Assembly (NCBI GenBank): GCA_963779755.1 | Contig: CAVZZO010000003.1 | Location: 672,001 to 736,000 of the forward strand | Source: an uncultured Gemmatimonadales bacterium | Lineage (GTDB): Bacteria; Gemmatimonadota; Gemmatimonadetes; Gemmatimonadales; GWC2-71-9 | Direction of reading: 5' to 3' | Length of the DNA stretch: 64,000 bases | Part shown: one piece after another, positions 49,840 to 56,586 of the stretch | Layout: every line of letters starts with the position of its first letter | Numbering within the stretch: the stretch's first letter is position 1 | Program-made: the position numbers and the translations under genes | Notes under the pieces: model-generated | The model's database searches: none | What the model saw: the letters and a program-made list of their open reading frames with translations, nothing else | Told to the model about the DNA's origin: nothing

Positions 49840-50925
49840 TCAGGTGGTCCGGCTGAGCGAGGCCCGGCGCTCCTGGTAGGTGTCACGCGCGGCCACGATG
49901 GCATCTACCAGCGGCTCGTTGCCGAACCGGACCGGGTCGGTGGCGGGGAGTCCGGTGAGCCGGGTGGCGTCCTCGCAGGCGCGCCGCGCCTGGGCCTCGG
50001 AGAGGTCATACGTATTGAGGCTGATGCCCAGCACCCGGGATGGGTGGACCATGCCGGCCGCCTGCTCGTACCACTCGACGTAACGGTCCAGCGGCGGGAT
50101 GGCCAGCCAGGCCGCGGCACGGTAGTCGCCGATATGCTGGCGGCTGGGCTGATGGCAGAGAATCATCCCGTCGGGGCAGCTGCCGTGCAGCAGCCCCAGG
50201 GTCACACCCGAGTAGCCGGGGTGGTTGATGCTGCCTTGCCCCTCGACCAGGACGATGTCGGCGTCGCGGCTGCCTTCCAGGACCAGGCGTTCCGCCGCGC
50301 CGGCGATGAAATCGGCCACAACCGCGTCCACCGCGATGCCCCAGCCTTCGATCATGATGCCGGTCTGCCCGGTGGCCACGAACCGGGTCCTCACCTGCCG
50401 CCGGTTGAGCTCGCGGGTCAGTTGGAGCTGGGCCGTCATCTTCCCCACGTTGCAGTCGGTTCCGACGGTCAGGATCACGTAGGGGTCCACCGCCTTGGCC
50501 TTCCCCGAGGCCACCGCCAGGTCGGCCGGCGGGCGCCGCAGGTCGTGCAGGGTGACGCTCCGTTCCCTGGCGCGGCGGGCGATCTCCGCATCGTCGGCCA
50601 GGAAGGTGTGCAGCCCGCTCCACAGCTCGCAGCCGGCATCGACCGCTTCCAGCAGCCAGGCGCGCCACTGTTCCGGCAGCCGCCCGCCCACCGGCGCGAT
50701 CCCGATGAGCACCGCGGTCGGCCCCAGGGCCAGGGCTTCCTTCATGGTGGCCACCACCGGGATGGGACCGCCGAAGCCCAGCACGTCCTGCGCCGTGCGG
50801 CCCGCCTTGCCGTGATCCACCACGGCCACGACCCGGTCGGGGAGATAGCGGATGACGGAGTTGGCCGTCTTGGAGAGGAGCGGATCGAAATCGCCGTCGG
50901 CGAGGATGACGTAGCGTGGGGGCAT
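49840..50925 (-). CDS. DUF1611 domain P-loop protein
   Basis: IGIAPVGGRLP, SGLH, VGTDCNVGKM, TGQTGI, VEGQGS, GLLHGS. Confidence 0.88.
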   Translation of the reverse strand: MPPRYVILADGDFDPLLSKTANSVIRYLPDRVVAVVDHGKAGRTAQDVLGFGGPIPVVATMKEALALGPTAVLIGIAPVGGRLPEQWRAWLLEAVDAGCELWSGLHTFLADDAEIARRARERSVTLHDLRRPPADLAVASGKAKAVDPYVILTVGTDCNVGKMTAQLQLTRELNRRQVRTRFVATGQTGIMIEGWGIAVDAVVADFIAGAAERLVLEGSRDADIVLVEGQGSINHPGYSGVTLGLLHGSCPDGMILCHQPSRQHIGDYRAAAWLAIPPLDRYVEWYEQAAGMVHPSRVLGISLNTYDLSEAQARRACEDATRLTGLPATDPVRFGNEPLVDAIVAARDTYQERRASLSRTT

Positions 50926-51060
50926 GAGGGATGAGGAACCAGGCATCAGGAATCAGGGATTCACTTCGAAGCCGCAACGGGCGCAGCGGATACCGCTACC
51001 AAGATACCCCTGGCGGCAGTCCCTCGCGTCCTTCGCGGCTTCGTGGTTGGCCGTTACCCA

Positions 51061-51819
51061 CTACTTCTCTTCGTGCTCTTCTTCCACCTCGGCGTCGTGC
51101 ACGTCCTCCGCGCCCTTGCCGAGCTGCTTGGCTTTCTCGCCGCTGCTCAGCATGCCCATCTTCTGCTTGAGCTCGAGCAGTTGCTGGTCGGCGCTGCCGT
51201 GATATTCCAGCGCCTCGAATTGGCGGCTCAGCGAATCGCCGGAGAACTCTTCCTGCAGCTCCGCGGCGGCCAGCGCCTTGCGCTCGGTGGCTTCGATCTT
51301 CTCCGCCATGCGTTCGAACGATTCGAAGGCGCTCTTGTCGGAGAGGCCGGACATGGTCTCCTGGATGCGCTGCTGGGCCTCGGCTCGTCGCGCCCGCGCC
51401 ACCAGGATGTTCTTCTTGCGCTTGGCTTCCTCGATCTTGTCGTTGAGCTGGCGTAGAGAGCCCTTGAGCGCTTCGGTTTCCGCCTTGTGGCGCATCCAGG
51501 TCTCGTGCAGCTGCTGGGCGCCCTGCATGGCTTCGTTGTAGCGCAGCAGCGCCTGCTTGGCCAGATCGTCGCGGTTTTCCTGCACCGCCAGCATGGCGCG
51601 GCGCTCCCAATCGTCCGCCTGTTTCTTCATGGTGGCGGCGTCGGCCTGAAGTTTCTTTTCATCGGCGATGGCGGAGGCCACCTGTTGCTTGGCCTTGGCC
51701 AGCTGGCCCTTCATATCCACGATCAGCTGGTTCAGCATCTTCTCGGGGTTCTCGGCCCGGGAGATGAGATCGTTGAGATTCGACCGGACCATTGTCGAGA
51801 GACGGTCAAAGATCCCCAT
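51061..51819 (-). CDS. pspA: PspA/IM30 family protein (bacterial ESCRT-III)
   Basis: N-terminal amphipathic MGIFDRLSTMVRSNLN, AENPEKML, DDLAKQAL, FERMAEKI, long coiled coil. Confidence 0.95.
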   Translation of the reverse strand: MGIFDRLSTMVRSNLNDLISRAENPEKMLNQLIVDMKGQLAKAKQQVASAIADEKKLQADAATMKKQADDWERRAMLAVQENRDDLAKQALLRYNEAMQGAQQLHETWMRHKAETEALKGSLRQLNDKIEEAKRKKNILVARARRAEAQQRIQETMSGLSDKSAFESFERMAEKIEATERKALAAAELQEEFSGDSLSRQFEALEYHGSADQQLLELKQKMGMLSSGEKAKQLGKGAEDVHDAEVEEEHEEK

Positions 51820-51822
51820 GGC

Positions 51823-52218
51823 TTACTTCTCCCGGTAGGGCGCCAAGGCGCTCAGGTGCGATCCGAGGGCGAGGGTCATGGAATCGAAGCTCGCCTCGAA
51901 TTCGTTGAAGTCCAGATTTTCCAGCTCGAGGGTGTCGGTCAGCACGACCTTGTTTCCCTCCAGGCCGTAACTGCCGTGGACCAGGTCGCGGACGTTGAAC
52001 TCCAGCAGCTGGCGGTAGAGTTCGCCCCGGCGCGGCTCGCCGGCGGGGAGCTCCATGACCTGTACCCGCAGGAGCACTACCGGCGGGGCATAGTTCACTA
52101 CCACCTCGGCACCGCTCTGGGTCTTCAGCAGCCAGAGGTTGGGCTCCAGCTCCTGCACCTCCACGGTTCCGCTGTCCAGGCGGCCGAGGTAGGACTCGAG
52201 ATCATCTTTGGTGATCAT
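51823..52218 (-). CDS. CesT/YbjN-like (type III secretion chaperone fold) protein
   Basis: 131 aa, acidic, LYRQLLEFN...HGSYGL...LENLDFNEF; 3 bp upstream of pspA. Confidence 0.72.
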   Translation of the reverse strand: MITKDDLESYLGRLDSGTVEVQELEPNLWLLKTQSGAEVVVNYAPPVVLLRVQVMELPAGEPRRGELYRQLLEFNVRDLVHGSYGLEGNKVVLTDTLELENLDFNEFEASFDSMTLALGSHLSALAPYREK

Positions 52219-52318
52219 CGTTCGCGCTCCTCTACAGGATGCTGCGTATGGGCTCCGTCGGTCAGGAGAATCTAATAGGAGCCATCGGCTCCCAGCTATC
52301 AGCATCGAACGGGCGGCC

Positions 52319-52588
52319 TCAGTCCTCGGGCCTCTTCCCCGTGGTTAGCATTCGCTCGGCGAAATCCACCCGCTCCTCCAGCTCCAGCAGCCGGGCGCGC
52401 TCCGCCTCCAGCTCGGCCACCTGGCCTTCCAGGGCTGCGAGCCGCTGCTGCACCTCCGGCCCGATCTTGCCCGGCTCCCCCTTGATCCAGATGGCCCGGG
52501 TAGCGGCGATCGCCGCGTACGCGCCCACGGGAATGAACACGACCGCGACGGCGATGATCAGCAGCTTGACCAGGGTCTCGAACTCCAT
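52319..52588 (-). CDS. Small TM + coiled-coil protein, array member 7
   Basis: N-terminal TM; LEERVDFAERML. Confidence 0.85.
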   Translation of the reverse strand: MEFETLVKLLIIAVAVVFIPVGAYAAIAATRAIWIKGEPGKIGPEVQQRLAALEGQVAELEAERARLLELEERVDFAERMLTTGKRPED

Positions 52589-52592
52589 GCGT

Positions 52593-52676
52593 TCAGTCCT
52601 TCTTGCCGGCGGCGAGCAGTCGTTCGGCGAAATCGATCAGCGTGGTGGTAGCCACATCGGCCATGATGGGATCCAT
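52593..52676 (-). pseudogene. Internally deleted array paralog (27 aa)
   Basis: MDPIMADVATTTLIDFAERLLAAGKKD*: an N-terminus fused directly to the shared DFAERLL motif. Confidence 0.7.
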
Positions 52677-52679
52677 GGC

Positions 52680-53033
52680 TCACCCCTCTCCCCGGGGGAC
52701 GGCGGCGCTGTCCCGACCCCGCGCCAACAACCGCTCCGCGAAATCCACCCGCTCCTCCAGCTCGACCAGCCGGGCCCGCATGTCCTCGATTTCCGCCGCG
52801 TTCTCTTCCGGAAGCTGGCCGGCGCCTCCCCGCGCCGAGCCGTCGATCCACCGCGCCAGCGCCTTGCCTACCGGGCCGCGCAGCGTGATGGTGGCGGCAA
52901 TGGCGGCGGCGATCATGGCCGGGACCGCAAAGTCCTCGCCGATCACCACTGAAAGGGCGATGAAGGCGCCGATCAGCCCCAGCCCGATGGCACCGACGGC
53001 GAAGCCGAGTCCCGAGGGCAGTTGGCGGTCCAT
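52680..53033 (-). CDS. Small 2-TM + coiled-coil protein, array member 6
   Basis: RGPVGKALARW; LEERVDFAERLL. Confidence 0.88.
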   Translation of the reverse strand: MDRQLPSGLGFAVGAIGLGLIGAFIALSVVIGEDFAVPAMIAAAIAATITLRGPVGKALARWIDGSARGGAGQLPEENAAEIEDMRARLVELEERVDFAERLLARGRDSAAVPRGEG

Positions 53034-53049
53034 ATGCAGTCTCCGGTCC

Positions 53050-53334
53050 TCAGTCCCCGGCCTTCACGGCATTACGCGGCTGCGCCAGAAGGCGCTCGGC
53101 GAACTCCAGCCGCTCTTCCAGCTCGTAGACCCGCTGCTCCAGCCCCTGCATCGCCTCCACCCGGCCGTGCAGTTCCTCCAGCTCGGTGCTGACGGCCGGA
53201 TCGCCTCCGCCCCGCTTACCCCGCACCCAGGCCTCGACCGCCCGCCCCAGGGGGCCGCGGAGGATCAGCACCGCGGAGGCGCACACCGCAAGCATGGTGG
53301 TGACGAAGACAGGCGCGATATCTCCAGGCGGCAT
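53050..53334 (-). CDS. Small TM + coiled-coil protein, array member 5
   Basis: RGPLGRAVEAW; LEERLEFAERLL. Confidence 0.88.
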   Translation of the reverse strand: MPPGDIAPVFVTTMLAVCASAVLILRGPLGRAVEAWVRGKRGGGDPAVSTELEELHGRVEAMQGLEQRVYELEERLEFAERLLAQPRNAVKAGD

Positions 53335-53345
53335 GGGGGTTCTTC

Positions 53346-53612
53346 TCAGTCTTCGGGTTTCGTGGCCTTCGGCGGCTGTGCCAGCAGACGTTCGGCAAAT
53401 TCCAGCCGCTCTTCCAGTTCATAGACCCGCTGTTCCAGCTCCTGCACCGATTCCAGCCGGGCCCGCATGTCCTCCAGCTCCGGTTCGCTCAGGCCGGCGC
53501 CACGCTTCCGCCCGCCCAGGAGGTTCTCCAGCGCTCGGCCCAGCGGGCCCCGCAGGACCAGCACCCCCGCGGTGCACACCGCGATCAGGGCGATCACATC
53601 TCCCGGTTGCAT
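53346..53612 (-). CDS. Small TM + coiled-coil protein, array member 4
   Basis: Start MQPGDV at 53612 after AGGAGG; RGPLGRALENL; LEERLEFAERLL. Confidence 0.88.
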   Translation of the reverse strand: MQPGDVIALIAVCTAGVLVLRGPLGRALENLLGGRKRGAGLSEPELEDMRARLESVQELEQRVYELEERLEFAERLLAQPPKATKPED

Positions 53613-53628
53613 CGTTGCCCCCTCCTGA

Positions 53629-53943
53629 TCAGGGCTCGAGCTGCCTGGGCCGCGGCTCCCGGGCGAGTATCCGTTCGGCGAACTCCAGCCGCTCCTCCAG
53701 CTCGGCCACCCGCGTCTGCCCTGCTTCCAGCTGCGCCAGACGGGCCCGGAGATCTTCCAGCTCTTCCCGCACATCCTGATCGCCGGGATGCCGGCCTTCC
53801 AGCCGGCGGCCGATGGCCCGGGCGATGGGCCAGAGGATGAGCAGCCCGGCCACAATGGCCACCACGATGAGCAGGGCCGTGGTTCGCGGATCCATGGGCA
53901 GGGAGGGGACCGGCGGCACCTGAACCGTTTGCAGCGTCAGCAT
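53629..53943 (-). CDS. Small TM + coiled-coil protein, array member 3
   Basis: WPIARAIGRRL; LEERLEFAERIL. Confidence 0.88.
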   Translation of the reverse strand: MLTLQTVQVPPVPSLPMDPRTTALLIVVAIVAGLLILWPIARAIGRRLEGRHPGDQDVREELEDLRARLAQLEAGQTRVAELEERLEFAERILAREPRPRQLEP

Positions 53944-53958
53944 GTGAATCCCCCGGCC

Positions 53959-54210
53959 TCAGTCCTGCACCCCGGGGAGCTGTTCCGGCTCCCGGCGCTG
54001 GGTCAGCAGCCGCTCGGCGAAATCCATTCGTTCATGCAGTTCGTTCATCTCGCCACGCAACCGGTCCAGCTCTTCAATCACGGCGGGATCCTCCGCCGGG
54101 GTTGTCCCATGGCGAAGCCGCTCCGCCAGGGCCTTGCCCACGGGGCTGTACGCCAGAAGCAACGTGGTCCCCCCGCCGAAGATGAAGATGATCGCGAGTA
54201 TTCCTTCCAT
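53959..54210 (-). CDS. Small TM + coiled-coil protein, array member 2
   Basis: SPVGKALAERL; LHERMDFAERLL. Confidence 0.88.
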   Translation of the reverse strand: MEGILAIIFIFGGGTTLLLAYSPVGKALAERLRHGTTPAEDPAVIEELDRLRGEMNELHERMDFAERLLTQRREPEQLPGVQD

Positions 54211-54500
54211 CAGTGCGGTCCCGGAAGGCGCTCGGGCTGGGCGCGCTGCGCCAGCATCCGCTCGGTGAAATCCAGCCGTTCCTGCGTGTCGGCCAACTGT
54301 CCCTGCACGTCCTCCAGCTGTTCCCGCATCCAGGCCATTTCCTGCCGCAGCTCGTCGTCGTCCGCCGTCTTGCCCTGAAGCCTGCGGGCCAGCGCCTGAC
54401 CCACCGGGCCGGTGGCGATCTTCACCACGCCAAAGGTCAGACCGGCCATCATGAGGAGCCCGGTGATCATGCCAAAAATGGGGACCATCGCATCAGGCAT
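54210..54500 (-). CDS. Small TM + coiled-coil protein, array member 1
   Basis: GPVGQALARRL; TQERLDFTERML; preceded by GGAGG. Confidence 0.88.
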   Translation of the reverse strand: MPDAMVPIFGMITGLLMMAGLTFGVVKIATGPVGQALARRLQGKTADDDELRQEMAWMREQLEDVQGQLADTQERLDFTERMLAQRAQPERLPGPH

Positions 54501-54582
54501 CGCTCTCCTCCAGTTCCAGGACCCGCAGGAGCCCTCGGGAGGGCGGCACTCCTCCTCCCAGGGACCCCGGAACGAGGGACCA

Positions 54583-54608
54583 TACGGAAGGGTTGGTATA
54601 ATGTTTCA
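54583..54608 (-). promoter_or_regulatory. ECF sigma (sigma-W-type) promoter
   Basis: Exact TGAAAC-16 bp-CGTA, 82 bp upstream of the first array gene. Confidence 0.7.
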
Positions 54609-54625
54609 TGGAGAAACGGCCGGCG

Positions 54626-55510
54626 CTATTTCTGCCTGGAGCCCTTGAGCTGGATCAGCCGGTCTCTGGCCAGTTTCCGGCCGGTTGGGGTGGCAGCGAG
54701 CCCCCCTCCGGCCGTTTCCCGGTAGCGGACATCCATGTTCCGGCCGATTTCGCCCATGGTGTCGATCACCTCGTCCACCGGAATGGGAAATCCGATGCCC
54801 GCGAGCGCCATCTCTATGCCAGCCATGGCGATGGCTGATCCGGTCGCGTTCCGGTAGACGCAGGGGACCTCGACCAGACCACCCAGCGGATCGCAGATCA
54901 GGCCCAGGGTGCCCTGCATGGTGAGCGCGACGGCGTGGCCCGCCTGCTCCGCACTGCCGCCCAGCAGTTCGACACCGGCGGCGGCGGCCATGGCCGCCGC
55001 CGCACCCGTCTCCGCCTGGCAGCCGCCCTCGGCGCCCGAGAGGGAGGCCCGCACGGCCACCACCGCGCCCACCAGTCCGGCCGCCGCCAGGGCGAGCACC
55101 AGAGCCGTGTCGTCTGACTTCCGCTCATCCCCCAGGGCAATCAGGACCCCCGGCAGGACCCCGGCCCCGCCGGCGGTCGGGGCGGCGACGATCACCCCCA
55201 TGGCGGCATTCACCTCCTGCACCGCGAGCGCATTGGCAATCGCCCGGGTGAAGACCGTCCCGGCAAGCGGGCCACCAGGACCGCTCATCCGGGCGGCGTC
55301 GCCCCCCACCAGCCCGCTCACGCTGTAGAGATCGCCGGCCAGCCCCCGGCGAATCGCACCACGCATAACGTCCAGCGCGCGCGCCAGCCCCGCTTCCACC
55401 TCCTGGCGGGTGCGGAGGCCTTCGGCCGCCTCGGTCCGGAGGGCCAGTTCCCCGAGCGAGATCGCCTGAGCCGAGGCCTGCCCGATGGCTTCGCCCAGAG
55501 AGTCGAACAT
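54626..55510 (-). CDS. sdaAA: L-serine dehydratase, Fe-S-dependent, alpha subunit
   Basis: EVNAAMG, AAPTAG, SGAEGGCQAE, GLICDP..GLVEVPC, RETAGGGLA. Confidence 0.93.
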   Translation of the reverse strand: MFDSLGEAIGQASAQAISLGELALRTEAAEGLRTRQEVEAGLARALDVMRGAIRRGLAGDLYSVSGLVGGDAARMSGPGGPLAGTVFTRAIANALAVQEVNAAMGVIVAAPTAGGAGVLPGVLIALGDERKSDDTALVLALAAAGLVGAVVAVRASLSGAEGGCQAETGAAAAMAAAAGVELLGGSAEQAGHAVALTMQGTLGLICDPLGGLVEVPCVYRNATGSAIAMAGIEMALAGIGFPIPVDEVIDTMGEIGRNMDVRYRETAGGGLAATPTGRKLARDRLIQLKGSRQK

Positions 55511-56175
55511 CAGGCCACCCGGTCGATGGCGCGGACCACCCGGACGGCGGGAAGGTCGGCGATCGACTGCAGGGCCGCGGGAGTAAGGGGCGTGTCCATT
55601 TCGTATACGTGGATGGCTTCGCCGCCCTTCTGGCGGCGGGAAACCCGCATGGTGGCAATGTTCTCCCGTTCGCGGGACATGATCCCGCTGACGGCCGCGA
55701 CGATTCCCGGCTCGTCTTTGGCGACAAAGACCACGGTGGGAAGGGCGCCGGTGACCTCGACCGGGTAGCCATCGATACCGGTGATGACGATGCGGCCCGC
55801 CCCCACCGAGGAGCCCACCAGGGTCGAGTGGCGGCCCTCGCGGCTCACGGTCAGCCGGGCGGTGTTGGGATGATGGCTGCCCCGCAGCTTGGTGTTCGAA
55901 AAGGCCAGGTCCATCCCCGCCTCTTCCGCCAGCCGGATGCTCTCGCGCAGCCGTTCATCGTCCGGAGGGAAGCCCAGCAGGCCGCCGGCGATGGCCCGGT
56001 CGGTGCCGTGCCCCTGGCCGGTGCGGGCAAAGGAGCCGTGCAGCTCTACCCGGGCCTTCTCCGGCTGGCCGCCGGCCAGCCCCCGGGCAAAGAGGCCGAT
56101 CCGGCAGGCTCCCGCCGTATGGGACGAGGAGGGGCCGACCATGACCGGGCCAATGATGTCGAGGAGTGAGACCAT
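55510..56175 (-). CDS. sdaAB: L-serine dehydratase beta subunit (with ACT domain)
   Basis: GPVMVGPSSSHTAGA, GHGTD, HPNT, C-terminal ACT domain. Confidence 0.93.
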   Translation of the reverse strand: MVSLLDIIGPVMVGPSSSHTAGACRIGLFARGLAGGQPEKARVELHGSFARTGQGHGTDRAIAGGLLGFPPDDERLRESIRLAEEAGMDLAFSNTKLRGSHHPNTARLTVSREGRHSTLVGSSVGAGRIVITGIDGYPVEVTGALPTVVFVAKDEPGIVAAVSGIMSRERENIATMRVSRRQKGGEAIHVYEMDTPLTPAALQSIADLPAVRVVRAIDRVA

Positions 56176-56199
56176 GCCCGGAATCTAGTGCTGAACGGG

Positions 56200-56274
56200 G
56201 AGCGGTCGAGAGTCTCGAGAGGGTCGAGTAGATCGGACCTCGACCCTCTCGACCCCTTCGACCCCCTCGACCCA
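56200..56274. repeat. Inverted nonamer arms (GGTCGAG-type) ... (nnTCGACCC)4
   Basis: ggtcgagag tctcgagag ggtcgag / cctcgaccc tctcgaccc cttcgaccc cctcgaccc; same family as 13542. Confidence 0.85.
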
Positions 56275-56276
56275 GA

Positions 56277-56492
56277 CTAGATCACCTCGACCGCCCGGAC
56301 CGCGGCCAGCGACACCACGATCTCGGTCTCCTCGTCGCCCGCCGGCTTGAGATAGACCTCATGGGCGGCGACCTCAGGATCGACATTGGTGGGAACGCCG
56401 CTCACCGACTGACCGTCGGCGGTCTCAATGCGGACGGGCTGATCATTGTCACAGGCGTAGGTAAGGACGCGGATGATGTCGTCGTAGGTCAT
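56277..56492 (-). CDS. Small acidic hypothetical protein, possible Sm-like/SH3 fold
   Basis: 71 aa, GGGAGG RBS, one helix followed by beta-strand pattern. Confidence 0.65.
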   Translation of the reverse strand: MTYDDIIRVLTYACDNDQPVRIETADGQSVSGVPTNVDPEVAAHEVYLKPAGDEETEIVVSLAAVRAVEVI

Positions 56493-56515
56493 GGCGTCAA
56501 ACCTCCCGGGTTAGC

Positions 56516-56582
56516 GGGAACGGGGAAAGGGGAAAGGGGAAAGGGGAAAGGACGCTTCCCGCTTCCCCATTCCCTTTTCCCG
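56516..56582. repeat. Inverted heptamer arms (GGGAAAG)n ... (TTCCCnn)n
   Basis: gggaacg gggaaag gggaaag gggaaag gggaaag / cttcccg cttcccc attccct tttcccg; same family as 9705. Confidence 0.85.
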
Positions 56583-56586
56583 CCGT

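Noticed and set aside
48764..50925. DUF1611 and FAD oxidoreductase as part of the psp operon
   Set aside because: Same strand, but separated from pspA by 135 bp containing repeat and hairpin sequence, and no functional link is evident. Left out pending synteny data.
52319..54500. Recurring DNA motif (ccagccgctcytccag...) suggesting a CRISPR-like or DGR repeat array
   Set aside because: The repeats are the coding sequence of the shared protein motif, vary at synonymous positions and are about 250-350 bp apart. No cas or reverse transcriptase gene is in the window.
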